Part shown: one piece after another, positions 11,457-24,495 of the stretch | How positions within the stretch are numbered: the first letter of the stretch is position 1 | How the letters are laid out: each line of letters starts with the position of its first letter | From: Octopus sinensis | Lineage: Eukaryota | Length of the DNA stretch: 64,000 nucleotides | Assembly: GCF_006345805.1 (NCBI RefSeq) | Contig: NC_043021.1 | Coordinates: 7,936,001-8,000,000 of the forward strand | Direction of reading: 5' to 3' | Program-made: the position numbers and the translations under genes | The notes under the pieces: model-generated | The model's input: the letters and a program-made list of their open reading frames with translations, nothing else | What the model was told of the DNA's origin: nothing | Databases searched by the model: none

Positions 11457-11578
11457 TAGACCTGATGAGTGACAACATTTTTAAATAGAATTAATTTTAG
11501 TTTGATTTAATTTTTAAATCGAATTGATTTTATTATTATTATCTATTTGAAAATATAGCCACAAAGCGTGCATAGTCT
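11457..11578 (+). ncRNA. degenerate hammerhead motif with long AT-rich stem II, in a Penelope-like AT-rich element (about 11345-11700)
   Basis: AGAC-CTGATGA-GTG...(AT-rich hairpin)...CAC-AAAG-CGTGCATA-GTCT. Stem I AGAC/GTCT and stem II GTG/CAC are retained; GAAA is mutated. Confidence 0.4.
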
Positions 11579-12070
11579 TTTTACTACCATTTACTACTTA
11601 TTGTACTTTATTGATTTTTAGAATAAGGTTTTTTATAATATGTGAATAATGTATTTCTTTATTGAATTGTTTAATAGAGGTTTTTCTCTAAATTATATAC
11701 ATATATATATATATATGCAACTTGACAAGTCTTGATTCAAGAGACAAACACTTCATTTTCAACCACTGTAATTCCTCATGTATATGTTTTGATCTATGAT
11801 ATAAGCATAATTGTTAAAAAAAAAAATTGAAAAACAAAAATACTTACATGTGGCAGTTATAAAAGACTTTCACTGGTGTACCAATTAATAATTCTCTCCA
11901 AATGAAATGGGTAAGGTGGAGTGAGTATATTTAATTATTTCAACCTCAGTATATTATTGGTCTTTATTTTATCAACTCTGGGAAGATAACAAGCAAAATC
12001 AACATCAGTATATTTTTTATTTGGAACACAGAAATACAAAGTATTAAGCTATAACAGTTTATAAACAAAC

Positions 12071-12143
12071 CATCTAGTCTGTCTTTTTATCACTTTATCT
12101 TCACCAGCCCTAGTAATATATACAACATAGCAATTTTGCTTAT
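12071..12143 (-). CDS. candidate internal exon (D)KQNCYVVYITRAGEDKVIKRQTR
   Basis: Strong acceptor ttttatatgtttctgcag, weak donor gtttgt, one open frame. No homology recognised. Confidence 0.25.
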
Positions 12144-12540
12144 CTGCAGAAACATATAAAAGACTAAGGTATAACAAGCGTTTTCTCAATTTTTCATAGA
12201 CAAGACTCTTTACATAAACTTCAAATAATATAATTCTTTAAAAAAAAAAAACTTTCAAAAAATAAATAAAAAGTATTACATTTGATCTTTTCTATGCAAC
12301 TTTAAAATTTTAAAACAAGGTCGAAATAGAGATGAAGAAATCCAAACTCAGCACAGAATCAGACAAAAGAATAATAAATAAGGGATCAACATTTTTGAAT
12401 CATAATCTTCTATCCTTTGTTTCACTCATTGCACTGCAGTCATTCTGGGGCACCGCCTTCAAGGGTTTTATGGGGACAAAAACAAACCAACACCTGTTGT
12501 CAAGCAGTGGAGGAGAGGAAAACACACACACACACACAGA

Positions 12541-13390
12541 GGCACAGGAGTGGCTGTGAGGTAAGAAGCTTGCTTCCCATCCACATGGTTCTGAGTTCAG
12601 TTCAACTGCTTGGTACTTTGGGTAAGTGTCTTCTACCATAGCCTTGGGCCAACCAAAGTCTTGTGGGTAGATTTTGGTAGATGGAAACTGAAAGAAGACT
12701 GTCATATATACATACACACAAACACACACACACATATAATATATATATATAGTGTGTGTGTATGCGTGTGCTTGTCCCACCACCACTGCTTGACAACTGG
12801 TGTTGGTATGTTTACATCCTTGTATTTTGGCAGTTCAGCAAAAGAGGCCAAAAGAATAAATACCAAGCTTAAAAAAATAAAAAGTGCCGGGGTCAATTCA
12901 TTTGACTAAAAATTCCGCAAGGTGGTGCCCCAGCATGGCTGCAGTCAAATAACTGAAACAAGTAAAAGATAAAAGATACATTCATATAGGTGCAGGTATG
13001 GCTGTGAGATAAAGAGCTTGCTTACAAACCACATGGTTCTGGGTTCAGTCCCACCGTGTGGCACCTTGGGCAAGTGTCATCCGTTCTAGCCTTGGGCCGA
13101 AAAAAGCCTTGAGTGGATTTGGTAGACGGAAACTGAAAGAAGCCTGTTGTGTATGTATGTATGTATGTGTGTGTGTGTGTGTATATGTTTATATGTCTGT
13201 GTTTGTCCCCTCCCATCATTGCTTGACAACTCATTTTGGTGTGTTTACGTCCCTGTAACTTAGCGGTTCGGCAACAGAGACCAATAGGATAAGTACTAGG
13301 ATCACAAAGAATAAGTCCTGGGGCCAACTTGTTCGACTAAAGGTGGTTCTCCAGCATGGCTGCAGTCAAATGACTAAAACAAAGAAAAGA
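12541..13390 (+). mobile_element. two tandem older SINE-A copies (12541-12980, 12988-13390)
   Basis: Each has head, CORE-like block, microsatellite and tail, with many CpG transitions. Confidence 0.85.
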
Positions 13391-13984
13391 ATATGAACTC
13401 TCATGTATAGAACACGTATTTGCAAAAGTTTTCTGAAAATTACATAAAATAAAAAGATTAGAGGAGTTAGATGGGTTGCTTGAACCAGAACCCTGCCAAT
13501 ACATACATACATATACACAATTGGTTTTTACACTGTCCATCTACCAAATTGGCTCATAAGGAATTAGTCAGCCCAGACTATTGCAGAAGACACCTGCCCA
13601 AGGTGCCACACAGTAGGCACCTTGGTTTCGAACTGAATCGAAAACCATGTGATTGCAAACCAAGCTTTTTAGCCACATAGCTGTGCCTGTTCCTAGAAGG
13701 AAAACAGTCTAAATATTATGATTAAATAACTGTCATTTTTGACAACACAATTATTCTAATTACTAATTATTTATAATATTTAGGCCAGAAACTGTAGAGC
13801 TGTCAGAGAAAAGATGAAAATATGTTTGTTGTTCATGATTTTTTTAAATGTTTTAGATAAAGTAAGAAAAGAAATAAGAATTTCTTACATCAGCTTGAAG
13901 CCTTGAGTGTATAAGAACGATGAGATGCTGTGATGTTCATGACCATCCTATGTATTTCAGCGACATGAGAGCTAAAATGGGATT

Positions 13985-14277
13985 GAAAACAAAATTGCTA
14001 AGTTCTCTACCTGGGTTCCACAACCACCTACAATGGAGACCTGCCCCAGAGATCAACCACATATATGGTCTGACTGCTAAGACCATGTACTGCCTATGGA
14101 GGCCCCTTTGGCACCACTGCTTTATCTCCCGGAAGCTGAAGCTCCACATCTACAACAAATCAGCCATCTCCACTCTTCTCTATGGAGCAAAAACATGGTC
14201 CCTCTAGAAGACCTTCACAAAGAGGACTGATGGCTTTGATAGCAGAGTCCTGAGAACCATTGAGAACATCAGATGGT
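13985..14277 (+). mobile_element. RTE-clade reverse transcriptase fragment (post-RT region)
   Basis: PEINHIYGLTAKTMYCLWRPLW...KLKLHIYNKSAISTLLYGAKTWSL*KTFTKRTDGFDSRVLRTI, containing the RTE-type LLYGAETW motif. Confidence 0.8.
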
Positions 14278-14381
14278 CAATTTGTTCGACTAAAGGTAGT
14301 AAGGCAGTGCTCCAGCATGGCCACAATCAAAATGACTGAAACAAATAAAAAAATTCTAAAATTTAGTTGTATTCCTTAGAG

Positions 14382-14954
14382 CAGTGGTTCCCAACCTGGG
14401 GTCCACAAAGGTAGTTGTGGGGGTCCATGAACTAAATTCAAAATTTCATATATATACATAGGCATAGGAGTGGCTGTGTGGTAAGTAGCTTGCTTACGAA
14501 CCACATGGTTCCAAGTTCAGTCCCACTGCGTGGCACCTTGGGCAAGTGTCTTCTACTATAGCCTCGGGCCGACCAAAGCCTTGTGAGTGGATTTGGTAGA
14601 CGGAAACTGAAAGAAGCCCATCGTATATATGTATATATATGTATGTGTATGTGTATATGTTTGTGTGTCTGTGTCTGTTCCCTCAACATTGCTTGACAAC
14701 CGATGCTGGTGTTTACATCTCTGTAACTTAGTAGTTCGGCAAAAAAGACCAATAGAATAAGTACTAGGCTTACAAAGAATAAGTCCTGGGGTCGATTTGC
14801 TCGACTAAAAGGTGGTGCTCCAGCATGGCCACAGTCAAATGACTGAAACAAGTAAAAGAGAGTAAAAGAGTATATATATATATACATAAGGATAAGCATA
14901 TTAAAAGGGGTCCATGGGGAAAACTCATTCAAATAAAAGGGTTGGAAACCACTG
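14382..14954. mobile_element. hAT (Charlie/Buster-type) MITE with nested SINE-A at about 14461-14870 (+)
   Basis: TIRs CAGTGGTTCCCAACC / GGTTGGAAACCACTG and perfect 8-bp TSD ccttagag. Confidence 0.9.
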
Positions 14955-15442
14955 CCTTAGAGGAAAAAAACTTTGTATGTTGACTAAAATGAAGTTTGGA
15001 GTAACATCTATTGTTTAGAAATATTTAGACTGTTGTTTAGATAATTACTGAAGATTTCTGAAGTGGGGAAATATCAAGTCATTTGTAAGAGGAATTGAAC
15101 TAGAACAAAGTTTTAAAAACAATGCAGAGTAATATAATGAATGTGTAAATGTATTATAATGAAGGATATACAAAAGTGCTGGGGGCGCAGAGGGGAAAAT
15201 TTTAACAATGGTATTAAACTAAGAGCAGCAAAATGGATGCTTTATAATTAATGTGATTTTCATACAATTGTTCACAAAAGAATGTGGGTAGGTGGTAAGT
15301 TTATGCTAGTCATGTCTTTACTTGTTGTTGTTGTTGTTATTTAGGATATTTTATGTTTTCCATCTCTTTTCCTGTGCTGAAAACAAGAGTCTAATGGTCA
15401 AAGCACTTAACCCCTTGGCTTATTCTACAGACACACACATAC

Positions 15443-15670
15443 ACTCTCTTTACTCTTTACTCTTTTACTTGTTTCAGTCATTTGACTGCGGCCATGCTGG
15501 AGCACCGCCTTTAGTCGAGCAACTCGACCCCGGAACTTATTCTTTGTAAGCCCAGTACTTATTCTATCGGTCTCTTTTTGCCAAACCGCTAAGTGATGGG
15601 GACATAAACACTCCAGCATCGGTTGTCAAGCAATGCTAGGGGGACAGACACAGACACACAAACATACACG

Positions 15671-15738
<68 letters not shown>

Positions 15739-15897
15739 CGACGGGCTTCTTTCAGTTTCCGTCTACCAAATCCACTCACAAGGCTTTGGTCGGCCCGAGG
15801 CTATAGTAGAAGACACTTGCCCAAGGTGCCACGCAGTGGGACTGAACCCGGAACCATATGGTTGGTAGGCAAGCTACTTACCACACAGCCACTCCTG
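15443..15897 (-). mobile_element. SINE-A
   Basis: Near full-length family match. Confidence 0.9.
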
Positions 15898-16470
15898 TAA
15901 ATTTATTCCAAAGGATTTCGTGGCTTGCCACTGTACCAACATACACTCTGTAAACTGGCAGCACCTGAGTGTGTGTGTGCATGCGTGCATACATGTGTCT
16001 TTGTGTCTGTCTTTGTCCCCCACTACCGATTGACAGACAGCCAACCAAAATTGGTTTGTTCACATCCCAGTTGTTTAGCAGTTTGCTAAATGAGACCAAT
16101 AGAATAAGTATCAGGCTTACCAAAAAAAGAAGATGTAGTGGGGTTGATTCATTCAACTAAAAATCCTTCGAGGAGGTGACCCAACATGGCTGTGGTCTAA
16201 TGACTGGAACAGGTGAAATATAATAAAAGATAGTAGCCTGAATTCAAAGCTTCTCTAAGTCAGAAGAAAGCATTGGGAATGACTGGGTGGTGCACCAACC
16301 AGCATGGCCACAGTCTGATGACTGAAGCAAATGAATGATAAAAGCTAAAAGATAAAAGGTATATATAGGTGTAACTGCATGCTAAGAAGCTTGCTTCCTG
16401 ACCACACGGTACCAGGTTCAGTCCCACTGCATGGCACCTTAAGCAAGTGTCTTCTACTATAGCTCTAGGC

Positions 16471-16674
16471 CAGTGGTTTTCAACCAGGGTTCCGCCGCCA
16501 GTACAGTCCAGGGGTTCCGCAAGAAGTTACAAAACTGCTAAAATTGGCAGTAATTTTTAAGTCTCCTGTGCAGATATGTGTGCATAACACTATTAAATTA
16601 TTGCACAGGGGTTCCTCGAGCCAGTGGAATGTTTCCTTGGGGTTCCGCTCCAGCAAAAAGTTTGAAAAGCACTG
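16471..16674. mobile_element. hAT MITE inserted into an older SINE-A
   Basis: TIRs CAGTGGTTTTCAA / TTGAAAAGCACTG and perfect 8-bp TSD ctctaggc. The SINE-A sequence resumes after the TSD. Confidence 0.9.
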
Positions 16675-17214
16675 CTCTAGGCTGACCAAAGCTTGGCGAG
16701 TGGAGTTAGTAGACAGAAGCTGAAAGGAGCCTTTTTCGTGTGTGTGTGTGTGTGTGTTACTGCCTCCATGCCTTGACAGCATATGATAGTTGTATCACTG
16801 TCATGGAAACAGTATCCTTGGTTTCCAGTCTTCCAAGACAAATTTGGTCATGGGGAAACATTACCTTACTTGGAAACAGGTGAGGGCTGGCAACAGAAAG
16901 AGCATCCAGCCTTCAAATTTTAAGTTTTGCCACACACAAAATTGTTCATGAATAATATATATAAGTAAAAAAAGCCACAACTACATAACTATAGCCTTTA
17001 AACACAAACCTTAAAAGGTTAGGTTGCAAATAAATGGCTTGATGATTCACATTAGACATGTATGTGTGTTTTTTTTCAATCAAGAAGAAATATATGATTA
17101 GTCTAATTACAAACAGTAGTTGGAGTTGAATCTCAGAAGTACAATAGATTGATAAGTTAGAGTGAGAATTGATGTTTTTGTGTATTGATTCCACAGCTCT
17201 GTAAACAACAACAT

Positions 17215-17582
17215 GTGGAGGCGCAATGGCCCAGTGATTAGGGCAGCGGACTCGCGGTTTCGATTCCCAGACCGGGCATTGTGAGTGTTTATTGAGCGAA
17301 AACACCTAAAGCTCCACGAGGCTCCGGCAGGGATGGTGGTGATCCCTGCTGTACTCTTTCACCACAACTTTCTCTCACTCTTACTTCCTGTTTCTGTTGT
17401 ACCTGTATTTCAAAGGGCCGGCCTTGTCACTCTCTGTGTCACGCTGAATATCCCTGAGAACTACGTTAGGGGTACACGTGTCTGTGGAGTGCTCAGCCAC
17501 TTACACGTTAATTTCATGAGCAGGCTGTTCCATTGATCGGATCAACCGGAACCCTCATCATCGTAACCGACGGAGTGCTTCC
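17215..17582 (+). mobile_element. SINE-D, full length (tRNA-derived)
   Basis: A box tggcccagtg, B box ggtttcgattccc, TSD aaacaacaaca. Near-identical to 53693-54063. Confidence 0.9.
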
Positions 17583-17715
17583 AAACAACAACAATCAGTG
17601 ATTGTTGTTGTTGAGCAGACCCATGATCAAAGGCATTCCAGCTATGAGAGCCCCCATCTTTTTTGTATAAGCGGGGGGAACTTGGTGGTCACTTTATCCA
17701 ATGTCACATTTTCTA

Positions 17716-19135
17716 TGAGGGGGTGCTGAAAAGTTCCTGGCTTTGGGTAAAATAAAATACAAGAGGATCAGTTAATTATGATTTTATTAAACATATTTCC
17801 CTCTCAGATCCACAGACATATTGCTATGGCCCTTCAGTTTTTCCAAGACCTGTAAAAGAACTCAGAAGGTTGGGCCTCCAACCAGGAACTTTTCAGTAAA
17901 ACCATAGAATGAAATCTGAGACAGATTTGGCTGCTATTTATAACAAGTGACAAAGAAGAAGGTTCCAAATATACTTGTGCTCTTAATTATGATTTTATTA
18001 AACATTTTCCCCTCTCAGATACACACACTTATCGCAGTGGTCCTTCAGTTTTTGTAAGTCCTGTTAAAGAACTCGGAAGGTTGGGCCTCCAACCAGGCCC
18101 TTTCATGATTACCTTAAAACTAGGAACTTTTCAATATCCCCTCATAAAACCATAGAATGAAATCTGAGACAGATTTGGCTGCTATTTCTAACAAGTGACA
18201 AAGAAGAGGGTTCCAAATATACTTGTGCTCTTTCTCTTTTTCTCTCTTTTTTCTTGTTTCAGTCATTTTGACTGTGGCCATGCTGGAGCACCGCCTTTTA
18301 GTCGAGCAACTCGACCCCGGGACTTATTCTTTTGTAAGCCCAGTACTTATTCTATCGGTCCCTTTTGCCGAACCGCTAAGTAACGGGGACATAAACACAC
18401 CAGCATCGGTTGTCAAACAATGCTAGGGGGACAAACACAGACACACAAACACATATGCACACACATATATATATATATACATATATACGACGGGCTTCTT
18501 TCAGTTTCCGTCTACCAAATCCACTCACAAGGCTTTGGTCGGCCCGAGGCTATAGCAGAAAACACTTGCCCAAGGTGCCACGCAGTGGGACTGAACCCAG
18601 AACCATGTGGTTGGTTAGCAAGCTACTTACCACACAGCCACTCCTTGATTTTATTAAACAATTTTCCCTCTCAGATACACACGCTTATTGCAGTGGTCCT
18701 TCAGTTTTTGTAAGTCCTGTAAAAGAACTCAGAAGGTTGGGCCTCCAACCAGGCCTTTCGGGATACCCTTAAAGCCAGGAACTTTTCAACATCCCCTTAC
18801 AAAACCATAGAATGAAATCTGAGACAGATTTGGCTGCTATTTCTAACAAGTGACAAAGAAGAAGGTTCCAAATATACTTGTGCCCTTAATTATGATTTTA
18901 TTAAACATTTTCCCCTCTCTGATTCACACACTTATCGCAGTGGTCCTTCAGTTTCTGTAAGCCCTGTTAAAGAACTCGGAAGGTTGGGCCTCCAACCAGG
19001 CCTTTCGTGATATCCTTAAAGCCAGAAACTTTTCAGTATCCCCTCATAAAACCATAGAATGAAATCTGAGACAGATTTGGCTGCTATTTCTAACAAGTGA
19101 CAAAGAAGAAGGTTCCAAATATACTTGTGCTCTTA
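17716..19135. repeat. four tandem ~245-bp units built from a mariner-derived MITE end plus flank, interrupted by SINE-A (18232-18644, -)
   Basis: Repeated block gattttattaaaca...gaaggttgggcctccaaccagg...aaaaccatagaatgaaatctgagacag...atatacttgtgc. Minus frame WLEAQPSEFF resembles a mariner C-terminus. Left TIR-like gagggggtgctgaaaagttcctggc. Confidence 0.85.
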
Positions 19136-19227
19136 GAATACAAAATTCCTCACTTTTTATTTAATCATATAATAGAATTTCTTTAAAATTAATAAATTCT
19201 ATCCACAACATTGGCTTATCATCTTAC

Positions 19228-19273
19228 CACTGATAACTCTCTCGCTCTTCTTCCTCTTCTTCTTCTTTCGGCC
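19228..19273 (-). CDS. candidate exon GRKKKKRKKSERVIS
   Basis: Donor gtaaga, weak acceptor ttgtttggcttaag. Phase-compatible with the 12071-12143 candidate. Confidence 0.2.
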
Positions 19274-19670
19274 CTTAAGCCAAACAATATTTTCATATTT
19301 TTCAAAAGCTCTATCTCCATGGAATTTGGAGATAATAATTAACCTTCAACCTTTCAAAACAAGATGCTCGCAATAATACTGATCTCACTCTCCAGACTAC
19401 ATTCCTTCAATAATTGAACAGATTCTTTTCTTTCCCCCACCCCACTTTTTTTTTTTCATTTTTGCTTCTGTTTTCTATGTCGAGGATGATAAAGATAAGC
19501 TAATATTAAATCAAGCAAGAAAACATTAAGCTAATGAGAACGTACCAGACCATTTTGAATACAGTATTAATGACTAGAACATTATAAAAAAAAATATATA
19601 CCTATCAAAGAAAATGCAGTTTTCAAACTGATAAGGGATCTTTCTATGTATGTATATGTATATATATATA

Positions 19671-20066
19671 TTCTTTAACTCTTTTACTTGTTTCAGTCAT
19701 TTGATTGTGGCCATGCTAGAGCACCACCTTGAAGGGTTTTAGTCGAATCAATCACCCCCAGGACTTATTTCTTAAGCCTAGTACTTATCTCAGACTCTTT
19801 TGCTAAACTACTAAGTTACAGGGACGTAAACACACTAACACCAATTGCCAAGTGGTGATGGAAGGACAAAAACAGACACAAAGACACACACATACATACA
19901 CACGAAGGGCTTCTTTCAGTTTCCATCTACCAAATCCACTCACCAGGCTTTGGTTGGCTGGAGGCTATAGTAGAAGACACTTGCCCAACATGCCATGCAG
20001 TGGGACTGAACCTGGAACCATGTGATTGAAAAGCAAGCTTCTTACCACACAGCCACACCCGCACCT
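19671..20066 (-). mobile_element. older SINE-A
   Basis: Diverged full-length match. Confidence 0.85.
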
Positions 20067-20166
20067 ATCCAGCTAGCATGGAAGGCAGACGTTAAACGAT
20101 GATAAATAATAGAATTATAACTAAATGTTAAAATAGGTTTATTCACGGAAAGTCATTCCGGATGAA

Positions 20167-20560
20167 TTTGCTTGTTTCAGTCATACAGCTGCAGTCATGG
20201 TTGAGCACCACGATGGATTTGCACCATTACTTATGATTACCCTTTGGCTGAATTCCTCAAGCTGGAGGGTTTCATGTCGCCACTCCTGTATGTGCCCTTG
20301 GCCCAGCTGTTGGCCCATTTGGTGTATGAAGGAGTTTGACTCTGCTGCCCTCATCTGTACCTCATGCCGTGCCGTCAGTTCATCTGATATTGTGGAGAGA
20401 AGGATTAGTTCCTTTTTGAAGACATCTATGTCCACATAATGTAGATTTCTTAATTTTTGTGGCAGGGCACTGAAGAGCTGTGCGCCTTTGAACCCTAGGC
20501 TATTGCAGTACCTGGTCCCGAATTTAGATAGACTAGATGATACCTTTGGTACCTAGCAAT
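20167..20560 (-). mobile_element. CR1-group LINE 3' end (ORF2 C-terminus plus UTR) sharing its tail with SINE-A
   Basis: LGFKGAQLFSALPQKLRNLHYVDIDVFKKEL...RAAESNSFIHQMG. Tail gtggtgctcaaccatgactgcagctgtatgactgaaacaagc. Confidence 0.75.
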
Positions 20561-20561
20561 A

Positions 20562-20772
20562 TATATTTTTTTTGTTTTGTATACATTCGAGGCTTTCTTC
20601 CAAGGAATCTAATGCGCTTGGCTTAGATTTTCCTTTGGGGCTGGCTAGGTCGGAGCAATCTCAAGATTAATCAGCCGAAATTGCGAAGATGATCCGGTTC
20701 TTGACTGAAGATTGAAGGCTTTGAATGTCCCGTCCGTGTTTTTTGTGTCGTCTTCTAAATATTTTTTACTTT

Positions 20773-20780
<8 letters not shown>
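20562..20780. repeat. unclassified short repeat-like element next to (TA)n
   Basis: CpG-rich block inside CpG-poor flank, bounded by TA-rich ends. Family not identified. Confidence 0.35.
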
Positions 20781-20814
<34 letters not shown>

Positions 20815-21421
20815 ATCAGTTAGTTGGCCATAAGTCAGGGAAAAAGTATGCTCAATATGAATTATAGAGCAGTTATATTTTAATATATTATCGAGCCATA
20901 CATTACTGGTTATGACAGAATGTTACTGCGGGTTTCATAATGGTAACAGCCAGCAACAGAATGCGTGAAACCTATGGTAACATACCAATCAGTTACATAC
21001 CATAACCAGTAATATACTGCTTGATAATAATGATGATGATGATGATGGTGGTGGTGGTGATGGTGGTGTGTGCATGCACATGTGTGTGTGTGCAAAGCTT
21101 CAAGTCTTGACAGTTTTCATCTAAGGATTCTCTAAGAGGAAGTAGCTAAGCTGATGGAACTACTCACAATTTTGTTTAACAAATCCCGAATAGAGAGAAA
21201 TTTACATGAAGAATGGGAAAATGTTATTGTAACAATTCATAAATGAATGGAGGGGAATAAAAAAAAAGAAAGGAAAAGATTTAGGGCCATTTTTCATTCT
21301 TTGTAGGGGTAAGCAAATGGGAAATAACAGTTGCTACTCAAGGATAAAAATCATGTTACCCAGTGTTATGAATTGGAAGTTATTCTTGATAGTATACAAA
21401 AAAAATTAGAAGACAGGAAAA

Positions 21422-22028
21422 AGGTGGTGAGCTGGCAGAAACGTTAGTATGCCGGGCGAAATGCTTAGCAGTATTTCGTCCGCCGCTACGTTCTGAGTTC
21501 AAATTCCGCCGAGGTCGACTTTGCCTTTCATCCATTCGGGGTCGATTAAATAAGTACCAGTTACGCACTGGGATCGATATAATCGACTTAATCCGTTTGT
21601 CTGTCCTTGTTTGTCCTCTCTGTGTTTAGCCCCTTGTGAGTAGTAAAGAAATAGGTATTTCGTCTGCCGTTATGTTCTGAGTTCAAATTCCGCCGAGGTC
21701 GACTTTGTCTTTCATCCATTCGGGGTCGATTAAATAAGTACCAGTTACGCACTGAGGTCGGTATAATCGACTTAATCCGTTTGTCTGTCCTTGTTTGTCC
21801 CTTCTGTGTTTAGCCCCTTGTGGGTAGTAAAGAAATAGGTATTTCGTCTGCCGCTACGTTGTGAGATCAAATTCCGCCGAGGTCGACTTTGCCTTTCATC
21901 CATTCGGGGTCGATTAAATAAGTACCAGTTACGCACTGGGATCGATATAATCGACTTAATCCGTTTGTCTGTCCTTGTTTGTCCCCTCTGTGTTTAGCCC
22001 CTTGTGGGTAGTAAAGAAATAGGTATTT
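21422..22028 (+). mobile_element. SINE-B head-to-tail trimer (period about 184 bp; only the first unit has the A box)
   Basis: Head gagctggcagaaacgttag, B box gagttcaaattcc, central gcctttcatccattcggggtcgattaaataagtaccag block. Units restart at ggtattt at 21654, 21838 and 22022. Confidence 0.92.
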
Positions 22029-22035
22029 ATCTCAC

Positions 22036-22059
22036 CTTGCGAACAATGAAAGAAACTTC
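22036..22059 (-). CDS. candidate 24-nt micro-exon EVSFIVRK (or the 3' end of a non-coding first exon)
   Basis: Acceptor tcttttctgcttgtgtctaaacttgtctcgcttgtag, donor AAG/gtgaga, phase 0-0. Confidence 0.25.
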
Positions 22060-22884
22060 CTACAAGCGAGACAAGTTTAGACACAAGCAGAAAAGAACCA
22101 ATGGATGAGTAAATAGGCTTGCTTATTTATACCGATATACTAGTAAATACAAAACTAATGGATCGATATATCACAAAAGTACAAAAGTCGTGCTTATTGA
22201 CGAATGAAAACCGCTTGTTTTCGTTTCTGTCAATAATCTCAAGACTACTTCGTTACTTTTAAACGACTGCCTAAGATACGTTCACCACTTCTTCCTGGCT
22301 CTAAATTCAAACTCGCAGAAGTAAACTTTCGTCTTTCATTAAATCCACGATCGATACGAGTACCAGTGATATACTGAGGTCAACTCAAAACCTTTGTACC
22401 TACCTATCCCTTAGCTAAAATTGGCTTTGTGCTTATCTTTCTAATGCAATTAAATGGCTTTAGACATAACTTCTAAGCAAACTATCAAACTCTTTATCAG
22501 ATTCATTTGGTGGGGAATTAATGAGTATCACTAATTAATTGGGAAAAGGATAGATGAAATTTGACACTAAAATAAATGAATAAAATCAAGGTACATTTTC
22601 TTATTTAGAAATACTGAGGGTTTGTTTTTTTAAGATAAGGCCTTGCGTACTTAAAAGATTATAACATAAAAATTACGTGTTTATGATCAACAAAATGTCA
22701 ATTTATTTTTAATAGCAGTAGATGGTTAATTAACCTGAAACATCAAATATAAAAAGGACGTAGGAAAAATGTAATTTTCTACTTTTAATTGGAATTAGTA
22801 ACAAATATTATAAAAGGAAGAGAGTGAAAAGTAACAAACCCGGAGGATATTTCGTGTTCAAATCGAAGCTCCGCGCATATATTG

Positions 22885-23200
22885 GTGTATGTGTGTGTGT
22901 GTAAGTATATGTATGCATGTGTGTATGTATGTGTGTCAATGCATGTGTAAGTGTATGCATGTATCTATCTGTGTCTATGTGTGTATGCATGTGTGTATGT
23001 ATCTGCGTCAATGCATGCGTAAGTGTGTATGTATCTATCTGTGTCTATGTGTGTATGCATGTATATGTGTCTGGGCTTCTTTTTCGGATATATGATCCAC
23101 TGATCACACACACACACACACACACATACATATATATATAGTATGTATCTGTGTGTATGTATGCAAAGCTATTTGTGTGTCTATGTATATATATCTGTGT
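22885..23200. repeat. degenerate (TG)/(TATG) low-complexity tract with a ~62-bp internal duplication
   Basis: Read directly from the sequence. Confidence 0.85.
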
Positions 23201-23481
23201 GTAAAATGTATTGCTACATATTACATGTACATGTCAGCCACATGCTAATAATACTGATTATGACACTGAATAAAGACAACACATGAGCTGAGATTGAAAG
23301 CTTAACCTTGAAATACATATAAAAGTTGGACTGTGTAAACAAGTGTTTGATTATTTTATCTTTCAGTTTTGATTTAATACACACATACATCATACATTCA
23401 AGTGTAAGTCTGTGAGTGTACATCTCCAATTTTAGTATGAGATGAATATATATGAAAACACTAAGCTTTTATTTTTCTTTA

Positions 23482-24495
<1,014 letters not shown>

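Noticed and set aside
20700-20735. CTGAAGA...GAATGTC as a hammerhead
   Set aside because: Lacks GAAA and a stem I partner.
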